Source: Eledone cirrhosa (taxonomy: Eukaryota). From it: a stretch of DNA of 64,000 bases. The stretch covers positions 365,614,001 to 365,678,000 of the forward strand of contig OZ024740.1 in assembly GCA_964016885.1 (NCBI GenBank). Direction: 5' to 3'. Position 1 is the first letter of the stretch, and every line of letters begins with the position of its first letter. The notes below the pieces were generated by a model. The model had not been told where the DNA came from, searched no databases, and saw only the letters and a list, made by a program, of their open reading frames with translations. The position numbers were made by a program, and so were the translations under genes. This document shows positions 49,510 through 64,000 of the stretch, piece by piece.

Positions 49510-52500
49510 AATCAACGTCATGAAGACATAACAAATCGTTCTGTCTTCTTCTTCTTCATATATATATATATATACACATATATATGTGTGTGCGTGTGTG
49601 TATATGCATTTATAAATGAATATATATGTATATATATATACACACACATACATATATTAATACATTAGTGAAAAGAATAAAAACAGAATATATAGGAGAA
49701 ATAATTTTATCAAAATATATTTTAAGCAAAATAGTACTGATCAAAACTAAACAAATCTTATTTATTCACATTTACCTTATATATAATGAAACAGTTACTG
49801 AAATGTATGCTAACCTCAAACTTGAGCAGAAAAAAAAACTTTATTTCAGGTCTATGATGTCATATTTAAAATCTGGAGTTATATCACTAACAACTCTCAA
49901 CTCATCATCCATGTTGTATTGAGCCCCTTAAGCCACTAACCTCTTCACAGTCTTACCCACCCAGAACATGAGTCTTCCTGGTACATATCTTTACTGAAAT
50001 TGTCAATTTGCTGCAGTTCAAACATAAAGTTAACATCGACCTACCTCAGAGATACTAAATAGACCATCGGCACTGCCCCTTCTGCCAGACCAATCTAATT
50101 AAAAATCTTTAGAAAATTAAACTTCTTGGAATTCCTCCCATTGTCAACGATGTTTTCAATAAAAATGAATAAGAGGTAGTATATTTAATGAATCATTGAG
50201 ATCGTCAAAAACTACTATACATAGCATATCAGTCAGTTTTATTTTTTGACAAATTTCTAAATATATCACCAGTTTATCTAAATATTTTTTTTAATCACCA
50301 ATATATTTTTTTAAAAATTGAAATAGCAAAATATATTACAATGATCAATTCCTGTTTAAAGATAGTAATAACTTATTCTTTTATTGGTTACGAGGGCCTA
50401 CAAATAGGGAACAATACAAAGAGACAGGGACAGTGGGGGTTTACAAAAAAAAAGTTGAGTAAAAAATGAAATACAACAATAACAATAAAATACAAACAGA
50501 ATTCCCCAATAGGGGAAGAACCACCCATGGGCAAGTCCTGAACCACCACTTCGTGAGCACCAGGGAAAGGCATCCCTCTCCTCCTCAAATCAACCAGACT
50601 ATATGACAAATGTTTTTAAAATACTAAAAACACAATAGGAATTATATACAAGAAAACTTCAAGAATCAAACTAACTCTGCAGTGATCCGATTCCTTTCTT
50701 TGCTTTGAACACTGACAAAAAAATATTTTAAACAGACTAAAACTACAACTAAACTTTTATTTAGAAAGTATTTTTCGTTATTGTTTTTTACAATGTTCAT
50801 GATGTACAATAGGTAAGGTAATATTTCATTTGAAATCAATAAATATATCAGAATAACTCTGTGGTATTGATCTAGCAACACGTTGAGGTATAAATATGAT
50901 TTAGAGATAAACAAGAATATATGTTACACTAAGATGATAACTAAATTCATAGTACAGCAAAGCATTCAAACAGCTAAGATAAGTAAAAAATAAAAATTTT
51001 ATCTTTCAATTTGGTTTCTTGAAATGCAGAACTCTTCAAATATGATCTATTTAATGACTAACTTAGAAACAACACAAATTATTCATTTTGCTACATATTA
51101 GGCTCGAGTGGGATGGGTTCAAAACTCCAGTGCTAAATATTAAGACTTGTTGAATGACTGGCGCTTATATTACGAACTCTCAAAAAATGAAAAGCTTATC
51201 ATTACCTAACCAAGAATGGCGACAGAGATGGACAAGCAAAAGGAGAGCAATTAGATACTTTATATCATCTAGTTGGGTGTCTCATAGTTATGAAATCAAA
51301 TATACTGTCGTCTTTCCTGCTCGAGAGAATTAATAAAATAAAGTATCAGTTATATACTTCAATGAATTCAATTAACAACTCATTCTCCTTACGGAATGGC
51401 CTGTAACTAAAACAAATTATAATAAATCTCCGACGTAATGTGTTTCGTAATTGGTTAGCATCGCTTTAATAGAGACCTTATAGCATAAATACTAGAGAGC
51501 GATTCCGTATGACTTGAGACGACACAGTAAAATTCGCATTATAGTAAATGATTTTTATTATAGGTACAGGCTAATTATAGTAGAAGCACGGAGATGATGC
51601 AGTAAAGGATGTTCGCCTCCGCAGGATTTGAACTCAAGTATGCGAAGCGACTATAGTAGTACAGTAACAAATAAGACGAATAGTAAGATCAGATTCGTTC
51701 ATTTTTTTTATTTTTTTTCAAGAGAATGGCAAGAAATATAATCCAGTTTTGCTTGTGTATTTCGTTTAACTTCTACTGCTTCGAAAACTTGTAAGAGATA
51801 CATGAGGTGGGGGAATGATAGCGTTATAGTGTTGTTGACTACGCCAAATGATGAGCGGTGAAAATCAAGAGAAATAATTCATGATGGAAAAGTAATCCAA
51901 AAAATAAAATAATAAAAAAAAAAAAAATAAGGCATGCGTAAACAGAACAAAACCAGGAAAATATATATGAAATAAACATCTAGATTAATTTTCAACAGAA
52001 AACATTCCTTAAGCCATATTACCATACCAAATAATTATGATTTTGTGTAAGATGCTCCGAAAACAAAATTATGCAGAAGTAAATAAAATTACGACATGCC
52101 CCTAATAATGTTGAAATGAAAAAGAAATCATTTATTATAGAAAGCGAAAAATAAATGGTTATATAAATATATGTATGTCTGTGTGTGTGTATAAAACAAA
52201 TTCGAAATTGTTGATTTTATATTTATATAATTTAGAAAAATTCAAGTCAGATTTAGGAACCTAACGGTCAATATTTACATCAGGAGAAGATAAATCAAAC
52301 TACCATAGTTGCTCATTACCTTTTTGAAATATATACATCGAATATAAAATCAGACAGTGAATAAGCATAGTCGTTATAACGTCGGATATATTGTGGTATT
52401 CATTCTGTCTCTGCGCTCTCAGTTCAAAACCCCACGAAGTAAATTTTGCCTTTCATCTTTTCGAAGAGTACTGGGGGTCGATTCTTATTCCTATATCTCT

Positions 52501-55127
52501 TTTTCCCTTACCCCTTCTGTAGACGAAATCGTCTGTGCTCAGACCTGGTGAGTGGATGGGCTCTACCAGGTTTTAAACTAGCCTATACACGCTGTATATT
52601 ACACCAGCGCCCTTACGACTCCATCAGGAGTTACGGGCCCATACATTTATACATATATTCTTCTTCGCCCACTTATTCCTGAGAGTAAATTTATAGATAT
52701 CAATATAAATTATAATATTGGTAGGAGAAGCAAATATTCGAACGATACTATCCGTTAGACCATAGATTTGCACCTGAAAACTTTCTCTCCGATTGCAAGG
52801 TTTTTTTTTTTGATTTTTTTAATGAATAAATTTGGTTGGTCTCGCTTGGAGATCCAACTGAATTATTTGGAGACGACTGCATCTGATAAGACCCTCAGGG
52901 TTGCTTCTCTGACGCCCCTCCCCACCACTCAAGAAGGAAAAAAGACCGCCAGCTACTCATTTATGCAAGTCTCCGAACAGTTGAAAGTGCTGGCACCAGT
53001 GTTGTTGATGAACGCTAAAAGCCAAAGAACATACCGCAATGTATCTATCTCCTAAACCACCCTAGACTAGTAATTTATTTATCGACACTGAAAAGGACGA
53101 AAGGCAGTTAATGTCGGTGACATTTGATTTTTAGAGAGTAGAGAGCCGGAACAAATACTGTAAGAATGTTTTATGCCAATTTACTCGCTAAACAACACTT
53201 AATATATAAGATAACAATGTCATAATAGACTTTCTCTCGATAATTCGTTGACATGAAGAGTATAAAACATCCATGCTTTTTATATCAAATTTAATCGGTT
53301 ATCGTTTTTTTTGTTTCACTTAACTATTCCTTATTTTAAATGGAACAGAAATCAGTTAAATTTAACAAAAACGTTATCTTGCAGGAGAAGATTACACAGC
53401 ATAACAGCTTACTTAGTGTTGGTTGACTTATCTCCCTTCCAATGGTTTGCCTATTAACTTAGAAAAATAGAATATAAACATCATTAACTCTTAACACTAA
53501 AATATATATATATATATATATTTGAAAATGTGGAAATCCCAAACGTAGAGAATAACTCTAACAACATTCGATTGCTATAAATAATAGCTAAGAAAATAGG
53601 GCAAAATACCCTAGAGACGTAAAAACTTTGTCAGTGTCCGCTACGGAAAATTGAACACCGCATCTGTCGAATACCGAATATATATATAATATATTACTGT
53701 TATGGTTCGCGTGTTTTTGATTTTAAGATTAGGAGTGCAAGAAGTAATTTCAGCGATCGGATTTTAATCAGTTTTGCAATATTTACCCATTTTAGAGTAC
53801 TCGCCATAAACAATAAATAAAAACGAATTTTTCTTTCGCGACGTAAAGAGAGATGCAACTTCCTGCATAACATTCATATAGTGTTTATCATTACTTAACA
53901 TTCATACTACCTTCTGACAACTGTTCGTTCATCATTGAAGCATAAAATAGATTACAGGGGATACTTGGTTTTAGTGTCCTAAATGATTACGCAGTCTTAC
54001 TTCTTCGCACAATAGGCATGTGTTTTCTGATTAGGAATGCTCTGCGAGTAAAATCTATAAGACAAAAACTGCGAAGGCTCGTCAAATGTAGGTGTGTGTA
54101 AACCTTTTTTTTTTTTTTTTTTCACATTTACTGTTTGTTTATGTTCCGTAAACTAGCAGTTGAACGAACCTATAACATAAGTACCAGCCTTGAAGAAAAT
54201 AAGTATAGGGGTCGTTATAATCGACTAGTTTCCTTCAATGCAGTGCTTTAGTATGGTCGTCAACTAAAGACTAAAAGAAGTATAAAACAATATAATATGC
54301 CTTCACACATAAGCTTACGTAAGTATACGCGCGTACTGAGCAAGTTTTTATCGGGGTTTCTATATTAAAAAATGTTACTCTTCCAGCAATAAAGAAGAAA
54401 ATAAAACTTTACATGTTAGTTGACACAAAGAAAGAAAGAAATTAACAAAATAAATACACATTGATTGACTGAACTGAAGACATTCTCCACAAACCTGACT
54501 GAAATCTGAGAAAGGCAAAATCCATTTTAGCTCGACTTTTTTTACACTGATAATTTTAATAGCTACGCCTGTCGCGTCAGAGAAGAAATTAGTCCCAAGA
54601 GTTGCTCGTCTGTTTAATAATTTGCCAGTTTTCTTTAAGAAAACTATAAGCAATGTCTAATGGCTTTAATATTGTTGTTTTTTCTTAAATTTATTTTATT
54701 TATTTTGTCATGACTGTAAAGAAAACATTGTGAATAGAATGGCAGACATTTAAATTAACAATTGTGAAACAAATAAGATTCCTTAAGACACTTAAAACGG
54801 AAATACATGTACATGAGGGTATCATTGACACACACACGTGTATATATACATGTGTGTGTAGAACAATGCGACGTCCTTGTTCATGACATGGTGAAATGCA
54901 TTATGAGGTAGGTGGCTCCACTTGAGTACTAACAGGTCTGTAACATGTCCAACCCTTGCTAGGTAACGCTGGTGATGACGAGGTTGTTCCAACCTTTTCT
55001 CTCTCTCCGAACTATCAATTTCTCGAAGAAGGGCTTGTGTCCGAAACGTCAAACCCTCTTCTACTTCCTCCTAAGTGTGATAATGATAAGATTTTGTGTT
55101 TTTGCATCTTTGTCTTGTCATTTCTTG

Positions 55128-55188
<61 letters not shown>

Positions 55189-56047
55189 AACAAGATTAAA
55201 AAGAATAATACATTGCTGTCATAATAAGCTCAGTAGAATCGATTAAATACAAATAATATATACCTTACATGACCAGGAATTAGTGAAAGGGCGAAAAATA
55301 TAGAATATAAACAATAGCATTCAAATATTGTTGGAGAAACGTCAATATTTATGGAAGCCCAATGACGTAATTAAAATTTATCAGTGATAAAATGTAAAAC
55401 ATAACGTTCAGTAACTAAAGATATCTTATGAACAACCATACATTGTTACACATACTACTCATTAAAATGCGCTTTAAAATTAATATTTTCTTTGCCTTTA
55501 TATGGTTGTATTATCAATTCATATATATAAAGACTGACCTTAAAAAGCTGAACTTCTTTACAGAGATGACAAAGGACCAAGATGACTGGCAACATCTTGT
55601 TCTGGAGAAAACCTGCCTATTGATATATAAATGTAACCTCATCCATCGATCCATGTAACCCTCTGGCCCTCCAACATTCTGTATACCCCATACAACCCCT
55701 ATTCTACCACGGACTGCCACACTGAATCCTAAATCACCGGTAATAACTCTTTAGTAGCTGTATGGCCACTTCCTCACATCATCTTTAGGCCACTTCTTTA
55801 GTATTGGTGCCATGAAAATTGCACCCATTACTCTCTATTGAGGATAGGAAATGCACATCAAGCTGTAGAAACCATGCCAAACAAAACTTTATGGCTAAAG
55901 CAAAGGATGGGTTTGAAACCTAAGGGATTGATCAACTGTGTTGAGCAACCATTAATCATATATATGTGTGTGTATATATATGTATATGAAGTATTTCCAT
56001 AGGAAAGGTAAAGGAATAGAGTGCTCTATGTAGGCTACAGAGCTTTT

Positions 56048-56271
56048 TAGTTATGTAGTAAACAACATAACATTTTTAATTCATTTACCAGTGGATTCTT
56101 GAAGACATATTTATATCTCTCTTCAGTCGTCAGAATGAATAACATGGAATATTTATTAAATATTGAATAAACAATCTATATTATTCATTCTGACAACTGA
56201 AGACAGATATAAATATCTGTCTTCAAGAAACCACTGGTAAATAAATGAATTATTTTATGTTGTTTATTACA

Positions 56272-56277
<6 letters not shown>
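56048..56277. repeat. Imperfect ~230 bp palindrome carrying two outward-facing hammerhead motifs (56079-56141 minus, 56183-56250 plus)
   Basis: Consensus attcatt-CTGACGA-CTGAAGACAGATAT-AA-ATATCTGTCTTCAA-GAAA-CCACTG-GTA^aatgaat; the left copy has GAAT for GAAA, the right copy CTGACAA for CTGACGA. Confidence 0.8.
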
Positions 56278-56307
<30 letters not shown>

Positions 56308-56865
56308 TGTATATATGTATGTATATATATATATGTATATATATATGTATGTATATATGTATGTATATATGTATATATATGTATGTATATATATATGTAT
56401 AAAAGAGAAAACACAGGTAAGCATTAAGAGAAGGATCTAATCCAGGTATTTACGACCGTTTCATTGGTAAGTGCAACCTTATATTGCTATACTGCAAATA
56501 GCAGCCACTCAATTATAATTGTTGTTCACAGTCCAAATTTTCAAAATAGTGAGTAAGTTACTCTTGAAATAATTCTTAATATATAGAGAAAAACATTTAT
56601 TTGGAATTGTATTTACTAGTATAGAGAGAGAGGAATCAGGAGGTGAGAGGACAGAGGGCATAGTATAGAGAGAGAGAGGAAGGGGGAAGAGGTAGGAAGT
56701 AGAATGACAAACTGAGGTAGGGGTAGAGGTGGAAGGATTCTTTGGTCAGTTTTGATAGCAGACATCATGTCTTGGAGTGTAGTGAGTTAAAGAGAATTAA
56801 ATAGATAATAGTGGGAGGGATGAATAGAGAGGGAGAGAGAGAGAGGGGGGGGGGGAGAGATATAA

Positions 56866-58450
<1,585 letters not shown>

Positions 58451-58831
58451 GTTAAAAATATAGTATACAATTGTAATGTTAATACTGACTCTAATTCTTT
58501 TAACTACGTCGGTTCCACATCGACGGAATTTAAACTTCGCTATAATAACCACAAGAATTCTTTCACAGATCCAAGTAAAAAATCTTCAACGGCACTATCA
58601 GGCGTACTCTGGCAACTTAAGCTAGATAACGTTAGATATTCGACGGCTTGGAATATAGTCTCAAGAGGGATTCCTTTTAATTCATCCTCTGAGACATGTG
58701 ACCTCTGCGCAGAGGAGATATTCTTTATACTAAAGTCTAAAAATTCCCTTAACCTACGGACAAATTTATTCAGTTGTTGCAAACATAGATTAAACTCAAC
58801 GTTTAAATATAAATTTAAATTTAAAATGTAG
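58451..58831 (+). mobile_element. GIY-YIG endonuclease coding fragment of a 5'-truncated Penelope-like retroelement
   Basis: NIVYNC...[20 protein letters not shown]...TALS..LWQLK...WNIV...CDLCAEE..FI...[13 protein letters not shown]; open to its stop codon; typical C-terminal PLE endonuclease layout. Confidence 0.88.
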
Positions 58832-60234
58832 TATATTTAGTTTGATTTATATTTATATGGGAAACTAGCCGATAAATTTTTGATTCCTAAATTTTTGATT
58901 CCTTCTTTTTATCCTTTTTTTTTTTTTATTGTTTATTTTTATTTTATTTTTATTTAAACATTCCTCATGAAAAATTAAGCTACCCTAAAAGCTGATGCTC
59001 CAAATTTTTTGAATAAACCTTACACTAGATAAACTTCTATATTAAATATAAGAACATATGTAGACCAATTTGGACATCATAAACTTTTTGAAATGATCTT
59101 TGCTAGATGTGATTTGATAGATAATTTTTGGCTTTGTCTTGTAATGAACTTGGCAATATATTGTCAATTAACTTTGAAGGGTTGATCTTTGTGGTTTATT
59201 TTTATTTTTATTTTTTATTATTGTAGTATTTTATAATTATTTTTTATTTTTATTTTTAATATCTTTAATATGTAAATTTTTAATACGTAATATTTTTTAA
59301 TACGTAATATTTTTTAATACGTAATATTTTTAATATGTAATATTTTTATTAGTTAATATTCTTTCGTAATATTTTTTTAGTTTTCTATTTTATTATTACT
59401 TATTTTTACTTATTATTATTATTGTTATCTTTTTATTTTTTTAGTTTTGTTTCTGATATATATTTTTATTAGTATATTGAAATCTGCTCTCTATTTCTGC
59501 TTGATAGAGTAAAGACAGGAATAATAATACGCATATATGTATGCTCAAATTTTTATACCACATTGAGAATGTTTTCCGTGAACTTAGAGTTTGCAGAGTG
59601 AATCATGTGGATTCGCATGGATGTTTGTAGCTGTCACATAAACATATGAATTTTTTTTAAAACTAAACATAAGATAATTAATTTCCACACACTATGGATA
59701 CTTGTCTCATTCAGGAATACTGATATTTACAATATAGTGTAAGTTTTATAAATACTAATACATTAAAACATAGGGTTTTTTACGCCTCGAATATATCTGG
59801 CTATTTTAAAATTTTTTTTTCTCTCGCTATTTTTTCCTCTCTCTATATTTTTTCTCTCTCTATATATCTCCCTTACATTAATACTTGAGCTAAATAAATA
59901 AATAAATAAATAAATGTATCATTGATACATTTACTCAAAATGACCTCCCACTACCTAATTTTCTATATATATATGTATCTATCTCTCTATATATATATAT
60001 CTCTTTCTGTTTCTTTACATGAAGTTCTTCGCTTTATCTATCTTTCCATCTCTCTATTTTGTTCCATGCATTTCTTCTTTTTCTTCCTTTTCTTCGTTTT
60101 CTGTCTTTCTTTCTTTTTTCTCTCTTTCTTTCTCTCTGTGTAAAATTTTTTCACTGCCAGCTTAAACCTCTTCAAATGGAAGTCGGTGTTATAACGGTAT
60201 GTCGAATCTATTTATCTATAAAACTGTTTATATT

Positions 60235-60300
60235 GTATTTTGTCTGAGGAAGGCATAGCATATTGTTAATATGATATCCCCGAAATATATATAATGAAAT
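60235..60300 (+). ncRNA. Type I hammerhead motif at the putative 3' end of the Penelope-like element
   Basis: tattttgt-CTGAGGA-AGG..CATATT-GTT-AATATG..CCCC-GAAA-TATAT-ATA^atgaaata, followed by AATAAA and, ~130 bp later, a (TA)n tract. Confidence 0.6.
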
Positions 60301-60643
60301 AAATATGGTTTTAAAAATATAGTTTCCATTTATTTAATATTGTAAATATACTCCAAATATTTGTCGAGTGCTTTTATATCAGTTATAAATATTTACTAGT
60401 TGTAACCCAACAATTTTAAATATAACTTTCCATATATATATATATATATATGTAGATAAATCTACCAAGAGTTTACGGTAGTGTCCAATCCGTATGAAGA
60501 ACTCAATGTAGTCCGGATATCATGGAAAGAAGAGATGCAATGAAAAATCACTTTCGGTGAAAGATAAACGGAATACAGAGTCAAGATAAAATATTAAAAA
60601 AATAATGAATAAAACAATGAAACAGTTCCTTAAACAAAAAAAG

Positions 60644-60793
60644 TTCATTATTTAACGATCGTTTCTAGGATATGTGTTAGAATTGGCATGCATATTCAAC
60701 AGATCTATGTACAAAATTATACAAAATTATACAAACTATCAAGATTAAATATACATACCAAACACACATATATGCCGTCTTCAGAAATAATGA
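60644..60793 (-). ncRNA. Type I hammerhead motif with long stem II insert
   Basis: Minus strand: ttcattattt-CTGAAGA-cggcatat...catatccta-GAAA-CGATC-GTT^aaataatgaa; perfect 10-bp stem I, palindromic stem III, imperfect stem II base. Confidence 0.65.
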
Positions 60794-61410
60794 AATATAT
60801 TTATTGATAATAACAACAATTCAAAATTTCAGGTCCGTTTGGGAACAGAGTTCAAATTGACCAATGAAAATACAAAAAATTTTATGCAGTTTGGTGTGTG
60901 TATATACATGTAATTAACTTCGTACACATATTTATATAAAGATATATGCTCACATGCATACGCATGCCAAAAAGATGTATGCAAATACAAAAATTCAAGG
61001 CTAATGTCTCTGTAAGTTTATAATCCACAGATAAAATGCGTATAGACACATAAATATGAAATAAATGTATACACACATTCACATACTCACACATATTCGT
61101 ACACTCACACACACACGCGCGTATATGCATAAACATACACATAATTACGAACATACATACACACACACACCCCCACACACATATATATGTGCATATAGTA
61201 CTATCATAAGCACATGGACATTAATGCACGCACATAAACACTGCCACACACATTTAGATCAAGATACAGAAATTAGGTGGGAGGGTGGGAGAGGTCAGTA
61301 TTCAACGGTTTCGGCAGACTGCTTATTTATAGATGTATCTATAAACTTAGAAATAAAAAGAAAAGAAAAAGAAAAAGAAAAAAGAAAAAAGAAAAAAGAA
61401 ATATATCAAG

Positions 61411-61424
<14 letters not shown>

Positions 61425-61470
<46 letters not shown>

Positions 61471-61890
61471 TATACATACAACACACACACACACACATAT
61501 ATAAACATATACATATACACATATATACACACATACATATATATATACACACATATATACACATATATACACACACATATATACACGCACATATACATAC
61601 ACACACATATATATATATATACAAACAAGCAAAATATAAAGTATACATCGATATACATACATATAGACATATAAATAAATACACACGCATACACACACAT
61701 ACATATACATACATATACATACACATATATATAAACACATACATATACATACATATACATACACATACCATATAAATACACATACACATACACAGCCGCA
61801 TACATATAGAGACACATACATATACACATATAAATACATAGACACATACATACATAAACACATACTTATATATATATATATATATATATA
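61425..61890. repeat. Mixed (TA)/(CA)/(TACA) microsatellite
   Basis: Direct reading. Confidence 0.9.
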
Positions 61891-62131
61891 AAATATTAAA
61901 CAAATAATGAACAAACAATTCCTTATATTAAACAAAAAAAGTTCACTATTTTTTTGTTTAATATAAGGAATTGTTTGTTCATTATTTGTTTAATATTTTA
62001 TCTTGACTCTGTATACCGTTTATCTTTCACCGAAATTGGATTTTCATTACATCTCTTCTTTCCATGATATCCGGAATACATTGAGTTCTTCATACGGATT
62101 GGACACTACCGTAAACTCTTGGTAGATTTAT

Positions 62132-64000
<1,869 letters not shown>

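Noticed and set aside
51610-51660. B-box-like GAGTTCAAATCC on the minus strand (similar at ~53640)
   Set aside because: No cloverleaf; decayed SINE heads rather than tRNA genes.
56445-56540. Minus-strand GAAAC-GGTC-GTA half of a hammerhead
   Set aside because: No recognisable CTGANGA box; too degenerate to call.

Overview
AT-rich, repeat-dense animal genomic DNA. The SINE families, RTE LINEs and huge (TA)n arrays suggest an octopus or other coleoid cephalopod (inference, not verified). The left end (1-9 kb) is a small ncRNA island: three tRNA-Thr(CGT) genes in duplicated, partly inverted blocks, with a U11 minor-spliceosome snRNA gene between two convergent tRNAs. The centre holds one clear protein-coding gene on the minus strand: a 16-codon exon (30952-30999) spliced to a 6.5 kb terminal exon (23571-30059). 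It gives a ~2178 aa mostly low-complexity protein with three atypical Cys-terminated zinc fingers, an LC8-type TQT motif and two uORFs in its leader. The rest is mobile DNA: RTE and CR1/Jockey-like LINE relics, a mariner fragment, TTAA MITEs, many SINEs and a Penelope-like GIY-YIG fragment. A series of type I hammerhead ribozyme motifs sits in direct or inverted repeats, nearly always beside (TA)n tracts. Most short ORFs in the supplied track are microsatellite or repeat artefacts.
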